From NCBI GenBank assembly GCA_030141605.1, contig JAQGDQ010000032.1, forward strand, positions 724,065 through 788,064: a stretch of 64,000 bases of DNA, written 5' to 3'. Below, in pieces: positions 28,545 through 42,000 of this stretch; the first letter of the stretch is position 1; each line of letters starts with the position of its first letter. The position numbers and the translations under genes are program-made. The notes beneath the pieces were generated by a model. It was not told the DNA's origin, searched no databases, and saw only the letters and a list, made by a program, of their open reading frames with translations. Origin of the DNA: Tubiluchus corallicola (lineage: Eukaryota; Animalia; Priapulida).

Positions 28545-28810
28545 GTGATGTGGCGGATTTGGTGTGGTGTGGTGTGGTATGACGTAATTGGTGAGTGTGG
28601 CATGGTGTGAGTGGCATGATGTGGTTGGTATGGCGTGAATGGTGTGGTTTGTGGGTGTTGAGATATGGTGGGATGATGTGGTGTGGGTTGTGTGTTGTGA
28701 GTAGTGTAGCAAGTGTGAGTGCGGTGTGGTGTGGGTAGTGTGGCGGAGTGGTATGGTGTGGGTGATGTGTTCGTCTATGCGCAAAATTCTTTTGCGGGGT
28801 TTGACTTAAT
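28545..28810 (+). repeat. Degenerate (TGTGG)n array ending in a Helitron-type hairpin
   Basis: Pentamer-periodic GT-rich tract followed by cgcaaaa-ttc-ttttgcggggt (28780-28800). Confidence 0.7.
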
Positions 28811-30209
28811 TATTATTCTTACTAAATATGTGTGCATGTATAAAGTAAGTAGAAACATAGTAATCATTTTTATCAAACTGCCATTGTGTGTACGCACTGT
28901 ACTGACGATTTTATGTATCGGAAAAATATAAAACTGAATTAACGTCTTAGTAATTTGTTTAGTGGAACATAAAATTTGTCTTAATTTGCATCGTCGATGT
29001 AAAAACGTTCAAAACTGCTGAAGCGTGATAAACATTACTGGAGCAGCGGCTTTACTAACTGTCGTCAAGGAGCGTCACAACTAGCGTTCAGAGCGTCAAG
29101 TAAAGAATTAACGTCATAGAGTGCGTCATATATCATCAAGCGTCAAACTAAAATCTTGAATGGCACTAAGGATTAAAACTCATCGAGTATTGATAGCAAA
29201 CATCAAGAGCTTTAAGTAAAGAAATCAACATGATCATTAATAAAGAAATCAACATTTGACCAGACGCTATAATGTAATCGATAATGCGTCTGCTTTTTGT
29301 CTGGGAAGTCGACACTGCGGTAAGATCATACATAAAAGAGCTTGAAATGGAACCTGCTTTTGCCCTGCCTGGCGCGGTATTAAGGGCAAAAGAAATGACA
29401 TTTTTAATGCGTAAATAACTTTTGCCTATTAAGTAAGGATGAGTATTTTTACTTTCACTTTTACTTTTACTTATCTACCCATAAGATATTACATACTGAA
29501 GAACGCTTCTTGTTTGATACCACTAAACAGGCTTTTCGTTAAACTTATACGATTTTTGAGAATGTTAAAATAACGTTTAAACAAAAACACAAACTGCAGA
29601 TTTGCGTTCATGTATTTAAAAGTTTTAAATTGTTTGCCATTAATATCTGACAATATAATATAATTATATATGCTATAAATTTTCGTCTATTTCATGTGTG
29701 GCAAAGGTCGAACATGATCCAAGTGAATCTTTTTATGATCCGAATGTAAATTCGTGTTGCAAGGTGGGCAATATTTTGCCCATACTGATTCTCCTAAAAT
29801 AATAAAAAAAATAATCACATTTACTTGTTTTGTAAGCCACCAAAAAGTGATTATTGTAACACAGGACGTTAATTCGTTTTCGGATATTTGAAACGCATAA
29901 GTAAACTGATATACAGACAAACTATTTTATTTTATCACTGTTACTGGTATAATGGCGAAAAGCTTTATTGGTAGAATTTGTACTACTACTACTATTAGTT
30001 GTATTCATTCCGTGGCTTCGTTGTCAAAAACACTTATGTTGGGACTTGGAGGAGAATTATTGTTGCTTACTATTAATATCTGACAAATAAACAATATAAA
30101 TTAGCGTTTGTGACCACAAATGTATAAAGAAATTAAAAAATAATTAAAATTTAGGCATGAACAAAACGAAAAAGAAACTATGTGTATATCAAATTGTAAT
30201 GTACAATTA

Positions 30210-30429
30210 TTATTTAACTCTACCATTTGACTCTATTGTACAGAGAGGACAAACAACGGTGGCTGTTGGCTGATCACACCAGGCACAAAAGTTCCGTATC
30301 ACATGCTCCTTGGGTTTCTTAGAACAGCTTGGATGAACGATGTGGTGACACATATCGCAGAGATACAAATCCACTCCTTTTTTGTATACAAAAGTTGTTG
30401 GGGAACAGTTTATACAGTTAATAATTAAA
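30210..30429 (-). CDS. Putative PHD-finger-like (Cys/His-rich) exon
   Basis: Stop-free frame LIINCINCSPTTFVYKKGVDLYLCDMCHHIVHPSCSKKPKEHVIRNFCAWCDQPTATVVCPLCTIESNGRVK*; CxxC...CxxC-x4-H-xx-C...CxxC spacing; preceded by acceptor-like cctatag. Confidence 0.45.
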
Positions 30430-31231
30430 CTATAGGATTACATAAACTATTTATACAAACTACAATATGTAATAGTTCATAAAAACCTATTATAACATGA
30501 AAAAGTTTTTAAGAAATTTTAGGAAACATAAAATTTAATAATATTCAACTCACCGCGAACGCATGAAGAGCATAAACTAATAGTTACTAAAGGATAATTA
30601 ATGAGACATCTTGAGCAAGCATGAGAACTCATGATAAATCACTTCAAATCCTAAACATAAAATCTTTTGACAGATATGTGACAAAAAGAAAAGCAGATTC
30701 TTTCGAACAAAAAAGTGAAAAACAAAGTAGAAGAAGAACTATATTGTTGGTCACCCATAGTGATGATTATAACCTAAAATCCTACGCAGTACTATGCATT
30801 TTACACGGCAGCATTGTAGTCATGGTTTACTACATCTAGGCCTACATAATTTGATTTCAGCCACTTTTCTTAAAATTGTTTACACGGTTATACATTGGTT
30901 TAATGAGACTTACGACAGTTTGTCACAATTCGGCATTGTGTTATAATTGAAATCTTTTTTTCGTTTATTTTTTCACGATTTTTTATTTGCTTCATTTGCT
31001 AACTCAAAAATTGTGCGACGTTTGACGACCAATTTAAGCGTGAGTGTGAGTGTTTACTCACAGATGGGTAGATTGCATTAGTTATTTTAGCATTTGATTA
31101 GAGGCTAGGCGTCAAACTTGCTTAAAGCTTTCTCAGTATCTTTTCTTACAGTTTTACTATCAAGTTGTTGGAATTTATGAGTGGATGAATGATGTCACAG
31201 ACATATATAGCGTCACTATATATATATAAGC

Positions 31232-31834
31232 TTAAAGCACAAGAAAACCCTCCACTTACATAAAGCCTTAAAAATTCGTTTCGAAATTTTATACCACTTA
31301 CATACTGTGTTTTTGCATGCAGGGCTTGTATCAGGATCAGAGATGTTTAAAACGTGTAAATTTGAACTCCCGCGATGACCGTTAAGCGCAGCCATTTTGA
31401 TGATAGGTCGTTTGAAACAAGTTTAGATAACACTGAGCAAAGTTTGAAAAAAATAATTAGAGCATTCGCAGCAAACATGTTGCTGATTAAAATGTTAAAT
31501 TACGGTATCTCTAAATAAGATTAAAAATACGTTATTTCTAGTTACATAAGTCTTTCCAGCAGGCAAGCGAAGTGCTAAGTAATACAGATTTGCACGGAAA
31601 GTTTTTTGGGGCATATAATTTAACATTGCCTTTTCTGCCCCTGATTTACGTTTGCGTACTGGTGTCATATAATGGCGCTGTCGGAACAGTATTGCGGGAG
31701 ATTTAATTTGAAAACAAACAAAAATTTCTTTCATCGCGAGTACGATATGTGCATAAAATTGCTGTGAAGTAATATAATTTTTTAAGGCGATTTTTCTGAA
31801 ACCTACTTCAGCTACCACTTTTCTTGTCCTTTAA
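31232..31834. mobile_element. TTAA-flanked non-autonomous DNA transposon (Kolobok-like MITE)
   Basis: Left end ttaaagcacaagaaaa vs right end reverse complement ttaaaggacaagaaaa (15/16); both followed by gccttaaaaa and aattttat; no ORF. Confidence 0.55.
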
Positions 31835-33039
31835 ATTGTACCAGTAATGTTGGTAGCGACACATTTCCCCTGCGAGTAAGTGTTTTGGGTATTATGAAAA
31901 CCGTGCACTGCTTCATGGAGAGCATGAACTTCTTTTGCTTGAGAAAAGTGTCAATGGTTGCACTTCGTTAGGTACGTGGCGCGACAAGATTGTGAATGCA
32001 CGTGGCTTCCTAACTACAGTTACCATACCTTAAAACCTAAAACATTAAATGATTGTATTTATTGAAATTTGAAACATAGGAACTGCAAAAACCAACCAAC
32101 CAACCAACCAAACCTATACCACTGGGTCGCCTATCACAACCATAATCATAAAACTGGATTAGCTGAGGAGGATTTTACAACTCAATGAAAAACACGAATA
32201 AATTGTTTTTGAAAAAATATAATTATTGCATCCTACATGCGTTGAGTTGACTATCACATAATTTTTACAAACATTTACTATTTTTGCGTTGCGCCGAGTT
32301 TTTGTGATTTACAGTTAAAGAGACGAGCAACTATAAATGGAAACATGCATGTATGTAGGTTACGACAGGTATGCAGGTATACTCAGGTAGCGCGGTACAT
32401 AAGCAGGTAGTATAGGTAAGTAGATAAGTCAATGAGACAGCTTTTTTAAGTTGGCAGCGCCAAATTTAATTTTGTATACACAGCGTGTTGTAGTTAGAGG
32501 TGCAGTGGTACTATATGCAGCAGTTTGTATTAACAGGCTTAAAAAAACTATTGAGGAACATTTATTATTATTAATCGGGTTCTTGACCTCGCTGACATGA
32601 TTTAATAGCACAGAATGTTGTTATCATTTTATTTGCCAGTTTAGCATCAAACAGTGACAGAATAAAAACTATTATACAGCGGTACTTTTAATATTATATT
32701 GAAGTGAATAAACACATTACTAAAATTAGCATCCATCTTTCCAAGTTTAGAGTCTGAGTGCATTTGTCGTAGATCCGAATGCCTATGTAAATACTATTAA
32801 TATTTGTCATGATGTATCACAGGTAAAACATGTCTACAAAAATCATTAACATATATATACATATATTGAACCATTATATATATATATATATATGACAAAT
32901 ATAAAAAGTACAGACAGCGGAAAAGCAAATATATTTTACATAAAGATATGTTCTGGCTAAACAAACCTCTATCCATTTTGAAAGAAATGAGCAAATATAA
33001 ATGATGCAGTTCTCTGACACTGCCGGTTAAACTTCAAAC

Positions 33040-33276
33040 ACTAACAAAGTCACAGAGATGGAGGCGCTGCATCGGTTACGCTTAATTTGAAGTGTTATTT
33101 AAAATCAGCAAGGTTAATCAGTCTAGCAGTTGATACTTTTTTCGTGTGTTGTTCTGCCTTCCTTATTAAATCATTGAGCAAAGCAAATTACAAGAGATAC
33201 GGAAAAAATACATCGGAACAAAGAAACCACATATAAGTGGTATAATGGCTCAAGCACAAAGAAACGCATACAACAG

Positions 33277-33367
<91 letters not shown>

Positions 33368-33455
33368 TAAACTGTTAGACTGTTAGTTTAACATTATACA
33401 TCGGAACATGTAAGTAGCACAATGGTTCAAGCACAAAGAAACGCATACGACAGAG

Positions 33456-33503
<48 letters not shown>

Positions 33504-33800
33504 AAAACTCAAAAACTGTTAGTTTTACAGTTAGTAATACCTTTAATTCAGTACTTTACTGATACAGTTAGTAATTCCTTATTACTAGTGTGATTAGCAT
33601 ACAAGGCAAGGGTGAGATTATTATTTCACCGTTTCTCTTTTTAGTCTCCTATCTATTGTTGAACTGTAATTCTTTTTTAACCATATGATTTACGCTTGGA
33701 CAAACTAGCACTTCAAGCGACTTTCAGGAAAGAGCTCACTGGGATATATTAACAGCTCTTCAGAAATCAATAGAAATGCCCATGTTGACTGATACCACGT
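33040..33800 (+). pseudogene. Deleted, interrupted class-A GPCR pseudogene (paralogue of 45763-46734)
   Basis: aaagtcacagagatg matches the 5' flank at ~45735; aaatcagc...ttcgtgtgttgttct matches TM6; after an insert, ggtgag...ctattgttgaactgtaattc...atttacgcttgga matches TM7/NPxxY region; TM1-5 missing. Confidence 0.8.
33169..33574. mobile_element. (TA)n-containing insertion with 10-bp TSD
   Basis: ttccttatta at 33159-33168 and 33575-33584; two internal units aatgg.tcaagcacaaagaaacgcatac-(TA)n-aaactgttag. Confidence 0.7.
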
Positions 33801-33907
33801 ATAGATTAACTGTGCAGATTACAGTCCATATCATTGTAATTGTAGATTGTAATAAATGTGGCCCCTGAGTTCAGCATTTAGGTAAGCCTACACATTAGGT
33901 GTGATAT

Positions 33908-34260
33908 CTAGGTAAGCAATGGCTTAAGATTGGCTAAGGCTGAAACAAGATGCTGTTTAGGAAGTATGGCAGGATGTTTGGCGGTTTCATGTACCGTTAC
34001 ATTTCCAAGTCGTTTTCCCAAACAGTGAAACCATCCTTGATCAGGATAGTATTTATTTTTGCTTTCTTGCTCGGCTTGGAGACAAAGCTTTGTATATCTG
34101 GTTATCGTTAGAATATAACTGGTGATCGCTTTTTCTGCTTGATCCAATTCAGAACTAGTAAGGCATTGTAACATTGAGGAGACGAAATCTTGTTGGAATC
34201 TTATGGTTTTATTCTTCAGAACAGCCTTCATTCATAAAAACCATGCAACTGCTTTCCTAA
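33908..34260 (-). mobile_element. BEL/Pao LTR-retrotransposon pol fragment
   Basis: LTSSELDQAEKAI...GKRLGN...AKHPAILPKQHLVSAL resembles the conserved Pao region preceding the integrase zinc-binding domain. Confidence 0.7.
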
Positions 34261-34394
34261 TTTAATATATGTATAATATACAGCTGCCACTATAACATTC
34301 CATAAATTTGTTAGTAACTTTCGACAAAAAATAGCTTCACACAGCAATGCTTTAACGCACTGCTTTGTTTCACTGTCATGGCTATGGTAATCAC

Positions 34395-34482
34395 CCACTT
34401 CGCCAGCCTATTATTTCGCCAGTGTATCATTTCGCAAACCTGTCATTTCGCCAGTCGAACTTTTCGCGAGTGCATCATTTAG
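34395..34482 (+). repeat. Short tandem array of ~16-17-bp (catttcgccag-like) units
   Basis: About five ttcgc cores; resembles DNA-transposon subterminal repeats. Confidence 0.65.
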
Positions 34483-34999
34483 ACAGGTGACATTTACAAT
34501 CGTGCAGTAAGTATTTAAATTGTGGTACACTTCGCATAGTACATTGGCTAAATCTTATGCCTCTGTCATTAAAATAATGGCTGCAGAATAATTGCTGTAC
34601 TGGCGACTTCGGTATTATATTAAGCTAAATAAACACATCACTTGAATTATATCTTGCATTTCTGTGTGATCTCTTGCGGTCTCTGTAAATTTCTAATACA
34701 AACATCCATGCAATCTCACCAATTTACACTGGCAATTTGCATTACAGCTGCCTTAAGTGACTTTATTATACATGCATAAAATAATTACATAAAACACACT
34801 AGACAAATACCAGTTAAACGCATCTATGATAAGCACTCGAATGTGTAAATTCTAGTTGAGGAAACGTGATATGTAATAATAACAATATGTTACCAAACCT
34901 CTATATTCAAGTGAGTAAGAAAATTAGCGAACGACGCACGTTTCTAATATCGCAGAAGTTGCAGAGCTATCCCATTCATAGCAGTAAGAAAAGTTGCCT

Positions 35000-35810
35000 A
35001 GCTATGGAATGGAAATCAAACCGAAATTACTGATTTCCGATAATTTGCTGATTATGTTATGTCATCATGTCATTATGATGTTCATCTAAACGCTCTAATT
35101 TGGTAGATAGTTATTACAGCCATTGTGAAAATTACAGACACATGGAAGAGTACAAAAACTGGTACATATGTAACTTAGCGGTTACCGACATGTTGACTGA
35201 AATACTGTTACATGTTTTTACTTTGGTCTTGTCTTCACATTTGAAATAGCGATAATGTTAACAGCTGTTACGATGGACAGATTTCTCATCATATAATACC
35301 CATTACAATATGATCAAATGTGGAGGAACTGGAAGGAACATTGTTGTTCCGTGGATTTGAGATTTAGATACATAATTATATTATGGAAGCAGACAAACTG
35401 TTTACTGTGTATTCACACGTGTTGCCAATTTAGAATTAATTATTACGTTGTCTATTATTTTTTGCATAATTGCAGTAGTGTTACTTTTCATGAACACCAA
35501 TATAATGCTTGTTAGTCGAAGATCATATTTAAAAGCGTAACTTAAAATCAGCCAAGTTAATCAGTTTATTAGTTGGCACTTTTCCGTGTGTTGGTCTCTC
35601 TTCGCGGTGATCGGTTTGATCAGCATGGAGTGTAAGGGTGAGATTATTATTTCACCTTTTTTCTTTTCAGTTTCCTATCTGATGTTGAGTTGTAATTCCT
35701 TTATGAGTTCAATAATTTACCCTCTGGAAAAACCAGGAACTTCGAATGTCTTTCAAGAAAGGGCTTCAGTGGGATAATTTAAATGCTCTGATCAACAGAA
35801 ACGCACAAAA
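35000..35810 (+). pseudogene. Near full-length class-A GPCR pseudogene (paralogue of 45763-46734)
   Basis: gaagagtacaaaaactggtacatatgtaacttagcggttaccgacatgttgac, ataatgttaacagctgttacgatggacagatttctcatcata, aacttaaaatcagccaagtt, tgtaattcctttatga, cttcagtggga all match the intact gene in order; multiple stops, deletions and frameshifts. Confidence 0.92.
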
Positions 35811-36531
35811 TAACTGAGTTCAAAATATACGACCAACTGTGTAGATTGCAGTTAATGTTATAACAAATGTGGCCTCTGACGTCAGCACAACTTTGCCATA
35901 CAATATATAATGAATAACAGCCAAAATTATGTATAATATAAAATAATTTTCAATATATTAGGTATATTGCCGGTTTGATCAAACAAGAATTGTATTATTG
36001 TGAAAGGCACACAAAGAAAATAACTTCAGCACGGTGTCTTCGAAGAACGGCTATCCACTGATAAGCTTTTAGAGCATTTTTGGGCATCTTAATAACAGTC
36101 TCTTCCTTGCAGATAGGTTAAACTTTACTCTATAATTGTCACAAAATCGATTACCTCATGCCTAATGAGAAAAAATCCTAACTTCGTTTTAAATAGATAA
36201 TAAATTATACGCGGACAAATGGATGATGCTGCCAGAAACTGGCCTTAGCACACTCCTTTAAATTGGACCTTAGGCCATATCCAAACAAGATAAACAAAAT
36301 TAATCTGAACTTTCTATTAAACACAAAATACTTTTAGTATTAATACAGGCAAGAGGACGTATCCATCATCGCTCTTCTTATTAAGTTTCTGTTGATAATC
36401 AGTTATCAGGTTTATCTTTACATTTACGCAATACTGCTCATAACATATAAGACGTAGATTATTTAATTGTTCCGTCACCTCTGCAGTACCGCCACCAGAT
36501 CCAACATTATGCATTTGAGCTCAAAGCTGAC

Positions 36532-39017
36532 TTATAACTGACTATCAGAATTTTTGTTTCCTGTGTTTTCATTGCAAGATAAATTGTCAAAACTAGCAAA
36601 GTAATTGTTATCTTTGACACATTCTTTCGGTTTTGAGTCACTGCTATTCGAGCTTGACGGTATAGATGTTTTATCAGTTGACTTCGACGTTCCAGCAGCA
36701 CTAGATGTGGTGAAAGTTTCCATTGCTCTGCTGCTCCAAGAGGAAACTTTGTTTGCGAGTTGACTCCTGACGCGAGCATTAGCTAGAATAAATGCAATGA
36801 AGATAAAAAGGCCCTGCAAGCCATTACAGATAATAAAAAAATACCAAATAACCGTGGACCGTGTTAGCGCACCAATAAAGCCAAATATCCATGTAAATCC
36901 TAAGAGTGTTGAGAGTTTAATACAAAGAAGAAATCGTTTCTTTGCATCAAGAGTTTGTCCAACCGTCTTTGTCACTTCACTCATTTGTTTTAGTCTAACA
37001 GCTGTAACAACGAAAAGTATAATATTTGTAACTATAATCAACAATGCAGGGATGTAAAATGCTCCTATGCTGGCCCATTTATTGCTGATAAAGCATCCCT
37101 TTCTTCCATAGAGGTCGGGTTGGTTTTTTGCAATATGAATACCTATACAAGGTATTACAATAAGAAAAGGCGCCGCCCATCCCACAACCATGTATTTATA
37201 AAGTCTCGAACGTTTTCCCACGTTTATCTCAGAAGCAAACGTTATAAAAATGTCACCAGCCATGCACAGCATCCAGAAGAAAACACATAACCAAGTGTAA
37301 TGCAAGAATACCCCAATTGCTACGCATCCACTGCCAAGATTAGTTCTATTAATGCCCGTTAGTAGCAGTAGTTGTGCTGCGAATAACGTCAAAACTATGC
37401 ACATGACCATTTTACCTGGCAGAGTTCTCAAGCTAGAAATCAAACAGTAGGTTAAAAAAGTTAGAAGAAGGCTTATAAGTGACACTGTGCCAGTCACTAT
37501 CGTTACGATGCCTTGACCTTGTGATACATAATAAAAATTCCGGGATTCATTCCACGCGGACAAGCAGACATGGATCTCATCTTCATACATCCTGTATTCT
37601 CCCTCTGGTAGGTAAAAACCGGAAGGCGTTTTTATCCTGCCGTCGATCTCGATGATTATTTCATCCATGGACACATTTGTTTTTTTACAAGTAAGAAAAT
37701 TTTCGAAGCACACTTGGAACGATATGAAGTAGCTACCATTATCATTTTGTGTCAAAGTTACTAACACATTGTTCATGTCGTAAAGGACATTTGTTTCCTT
37801 GACGAAGAGGTAATCAGATGCATTTACATTTTCAATAATTTCTACATCGCTAGTAACATAGTTTTTCAAATGACCATGGTCGCATGAATATGAAGTGTTC
37901 CACTGATGGTTCAGGATTGATATTCTTTTTGTAGGACTTGTTGGACTAGTAGCCTTGATTATGTCTCCTAATAAATTTTTGGCTAGTTCTTTCATAAATT
38001 CTAATGAGTATCTAGCAACCATTGGTCCAGTTAGTAGAAAATCATGGGATACGTCCTTGCAATCCAAAAACTCTTCGTAAGGTTTTATTGATATGCTTAG
38101 CGTACTGTCGTTGTACGGGTTTACTCTACTTCTTACAATGGTGGGGAGAACGTCCATTATTTCAAAATATTCAGGGGAATTCTTGCATATACAGCACAGA
38201 TTAGTACGTATGGTTACTGTTTTTGCATCTGGTAAAATGTTGGAGTCACTTTTTACAAATGTAGTATTGAAGTCAAGCAAACACGTGCCATTGCTGGCAA
38301 TCAAGCGATCATTACAGAAGATGGTCTCGCATTTTCTAGCCTGATAATTATAAAATTCTGACTTCTGGCAATTTTTGGGGTTCCTGAAAAATATCCTGTT
38401 GTTATACGAAATTGTGTCTTCCAAATTAGAGAAATCCAGCAACAGCGTGAATGTTGGCAAAAAGCCATCGTCACTGGCTTCCATTGGAAAATATTCAAAC
38501 TTCATAGTGAATGATACTCCATTACATAGGGCACAATGTGGATTTTTGTATGTCCCGTAACCTTTTGGGTCATTAACTACACTGACGTAACTGGAGCAAA
38601 GTTCTGACCACCTGGTTAATGCAGTCTCGTTTGTAGCTTCTGAACAGTCGTCAATTCCATAGTCGATGCATGTATGTGGCTTCAAAGTGTGTTCAAATGG
38701 AGGCTGCGTAGTTAAATCACATTTATTTGCCAACTCTTCTACGGTCTTCTTGTCGCCAGAACTCAGGATATTTCTGTTTTCACTGGTGTTTCTGCAGTTA
38801 AGTTGAGATGGCCACTGCACAACATTACTATATCGCTGGTGGCACAATGAACAGAATACATTTTTGTATGTAATTCCTCTTCTAGTGCCATCTGGCTCAT
38901 AGTAAGGTATTTTGTAGATATATTCTTCAGAAATGTCATCTTCACATTGTTCCCGAATATCGTCATTGTCCCAGTCTTCAGGGCACTTTGCAACAATGCG
39001 AAACATTTCGCTTTCAC
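36532..39017 (-). CDS. Terminal exon: Cys-rich ectodomain + 7TM (secretin/adhesion/Mth-like)
   Basis: Seven hydrophobic segments with class-B motifs SLRTLPGK, CVAIGVFLHYTWLCVFFWM, YMVVGWAAP, YG..GCFI, KLSTLLGFTWIFG, FIICNGLQGLFIFIAF; acceptor ttttctag; no GPS motif seen. Confidence 0.95.
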
Positions 39018-42000
39018 CTAGAAAATTAGAATGCATTGACACCGGATTTTATATTACCATAAATAAGCTACGTTAGCATCGTGATATGAAAACTGCAAGA
39101 TAGAGTACCTGTTCTTGGCTTGAATTGATAACTTATGCAAGACATGTACTGCTGTATGGACGGAATGAACTTCCTCTTCTTGAGTGAGGCATGAATGGTT
39201 GCGATTCGTTCGGTAGATGGCGCGACAAGGTTGTGTATGCAAGTGGCTTCATAATCATAACAACAGTCACCATACCTATAATAATAGAACAGTAATTGAT
39301 AATATAAGATGGATTTTGTAAAAATTAGCGACTGCAAACAAACAATATAAATCAAACAAATAGATAAGCAAACAAAAACGCAAGAAAGCAGTCAGAAAGC
39401 AAAAATAGTTTGCAACATTGTCAGTAAACGACACACAAAAAACAAAACAAGTAAAGAGATAGATTAAAACATGATTAAAAACTTACAAATAACAAAATTG
39501 ATCGCAGCTACATGATAAACGCCCTGCTGCTCCACATCTGCCCCAGCATGAGAAAAGGTAATAATCTTTATCCTTGTCATTCCATTCATAAGCTGCATCA
39601 GATTGATCACAGTAAAAATGTATCTCTTGAATCTTTGCTAAAAACAATAAAAAAGCAGCTGTATCAGCTTCTATATTACACGTTGCTGTTTGGAGATGTT
39701 AAAGACTCACTTTAAGTATTAAATGTGTTATTATTTGTAAACATGCTCGTGAATCTGTTGTGTATTTATCTCACATGCCGAATATGCATTGTACCTGTAT
39801 TGCTGCAGAAGCTAACCTCTTCGTCTCTTCCGCTTGAACAGTCCTCATATCCGTCACAAACAAGACGCAGTGGAAGACATTTTGCATCATCTTCACCACA
39901 GTTAAATGGAGCCTCTTGACCACAAAATACTGCAAAAATGATAACCCATGCGACTGAAAAGCCTACCAGAACCTAGTTACGAAGAGCAATCAAGTCAAAC
40001 GGAGAATAACAGAAGACGATAAGAATTAGGGGATATTTTAATTTGTAGAATGTTACAAAATTAACAGTATAAATTGTACTATGGATTAACACTACACATT
40101 CAAAGGATTAATACCATGTATGAGTAGTACATGCAGTAGGGTTTGATAGTTTCTAGTTCGTATAGAACTTCATATAGAATTTCGCAAATTTTCACGACCG
40201 ATCTTCTAGTGGTATTATTCTGCAATTTCAGGTGTATAAATAAAGTTTCAGTCGCGCAGTGAAAGGCATGACTGGTTAGTTCGCAAAGGGTGTAGAATTA
40301 TACACCTCTACATCAATGTGTGATTCAATAGTTAACGTAGAGGCCAAGCAATGAATCTAATTAAAGTTTTTCTTATCAAACTATGAAAGTATTTCATTGA
40401 AAACAGAAATGAGGCAGTATTCCCTCACACTTTCTGGCTGATAAAACATTGAAGTGTCGTACTGTTATCATCATTATCATCATACCAGCCTTGATGTCAA
40501 CAGATACATAATCTCCATTTGAGGACACTTTAACGGCACGTTTGAAAAGCTCTTGATGAAACAAGGATTAAAGGCAGTCTTGAAAATATATGGGTTAGCG
40601 AAATTACCTTTGGGACAGCCAAATTCGTCTTCGCCTTCAAGACAGTCATCATTACCATCACATCGTACATTCTCCTCGAGGCATTCACCAGTCATGCAGC
40701 GAACACCGTCACAGATTTCCCCAACTGAAATTAAGACGGCATTACTTGTTTGTGTATGCAATCTATTTCCATGCTCAGATCAAATTACCATTATCATTAT
40801 TTATTACTAATTTATAAAGCCACATACACATATTTTATACACATATGAAAATATAATCTAATGACACTGTACATGCGCAAAATGCATTAAAATTATAAAA
40901 CGACAAGGTATACAAAATATAAGATATCTGGCTTTAACTAACTCTGGTAAATAAAAAGTATATGACATACATGAAGATTAAAAAACTATTAAAAAATGTT
41001 ATGTACTAAAATCTACGACAAGTTAAACGCTAATTTAAAAAGGGTACGTTTTCAGTAAATATTTAGAATGACTTACATTATGTGCGAGTTAAATACGAGC
41101 TGTTCATTAATGATAAGCTGTTCATTATTGTGGCATAGAGAATAGCTAAGCGAATTTTGTAATAAGATGGGCAAAACCATTAATGGATTTATACACAGTT
41201 AGGATTTTAAATTAAAAACGGAACTTGGCTGCTGGCCAATGTAAAATACAGAGAGCGGGTGTGATATGGTCATATTTTTTAAACATTGCGAATTAGTCGA
41301 GATGCTGAGTTTTGTTTTCTTTCGAGCTTGATGAGTTCAATGTCCGGCAGACAATAGACGGGCTGTTACTATAGTACATACGGCTCGTGATAAAAGCGTG
41401 AACTAAATACTGGGTGACTTCCGTGATTAGAATCTCATTAGATGTTTACGACTTCGCTTGATGTTGTGAAGATGATAACATGAGTTAAAACAAATCTTTG
41501 TGATGTGCGTACTCTTAGACAAATTTTAGTCTAACCAATGCCCAGGTTTCTGACAAAAGACACAGAATAGAACAGAAACCTTGTTTAGCTATCGCTTGGT
41601 ACCAAGAATCAGAAATTCTACTTTTTTATACTGAGAGGAACAAAAAAATTTCAGAGAACCTAATATTATAGGTCGAAAAATATTAATTTAATTGATCACT
41701 TGTTTGTCCTTCATCGCAATCTGTCTCATCACTAGAGTCTGCACAGTGGCTGATACCATCGCAAACAAACCAATCTCTGATACATCTTCCAGTGTCTTTA
41801 CATCGAGTATAATTACAGGGCAGCGGATCTGAAAGACATGTAAACAAGTAATTTTTAAAGATATAAAAATTACATCGTCTTACTTTATTAGCCAGTTTAA
41901 ATATTATTGGTTTGGAGGATTTGAAAGCATGGTTTTGATATCAAGATCTCAGTATAGCGTAACTGAACCAAGAAAATGAAAACTAAATAGCAACGAAGGC

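Noticed and set aside
28419-28784. His/Thr-rich 121-aa ORF
   Set aside because: Translation of the degenerate (CCACA)n array.
36797-38560. Short + strand ORFs overlapping the 7TM exon
   Set aside because: Antisense shadows of the long coding exon.
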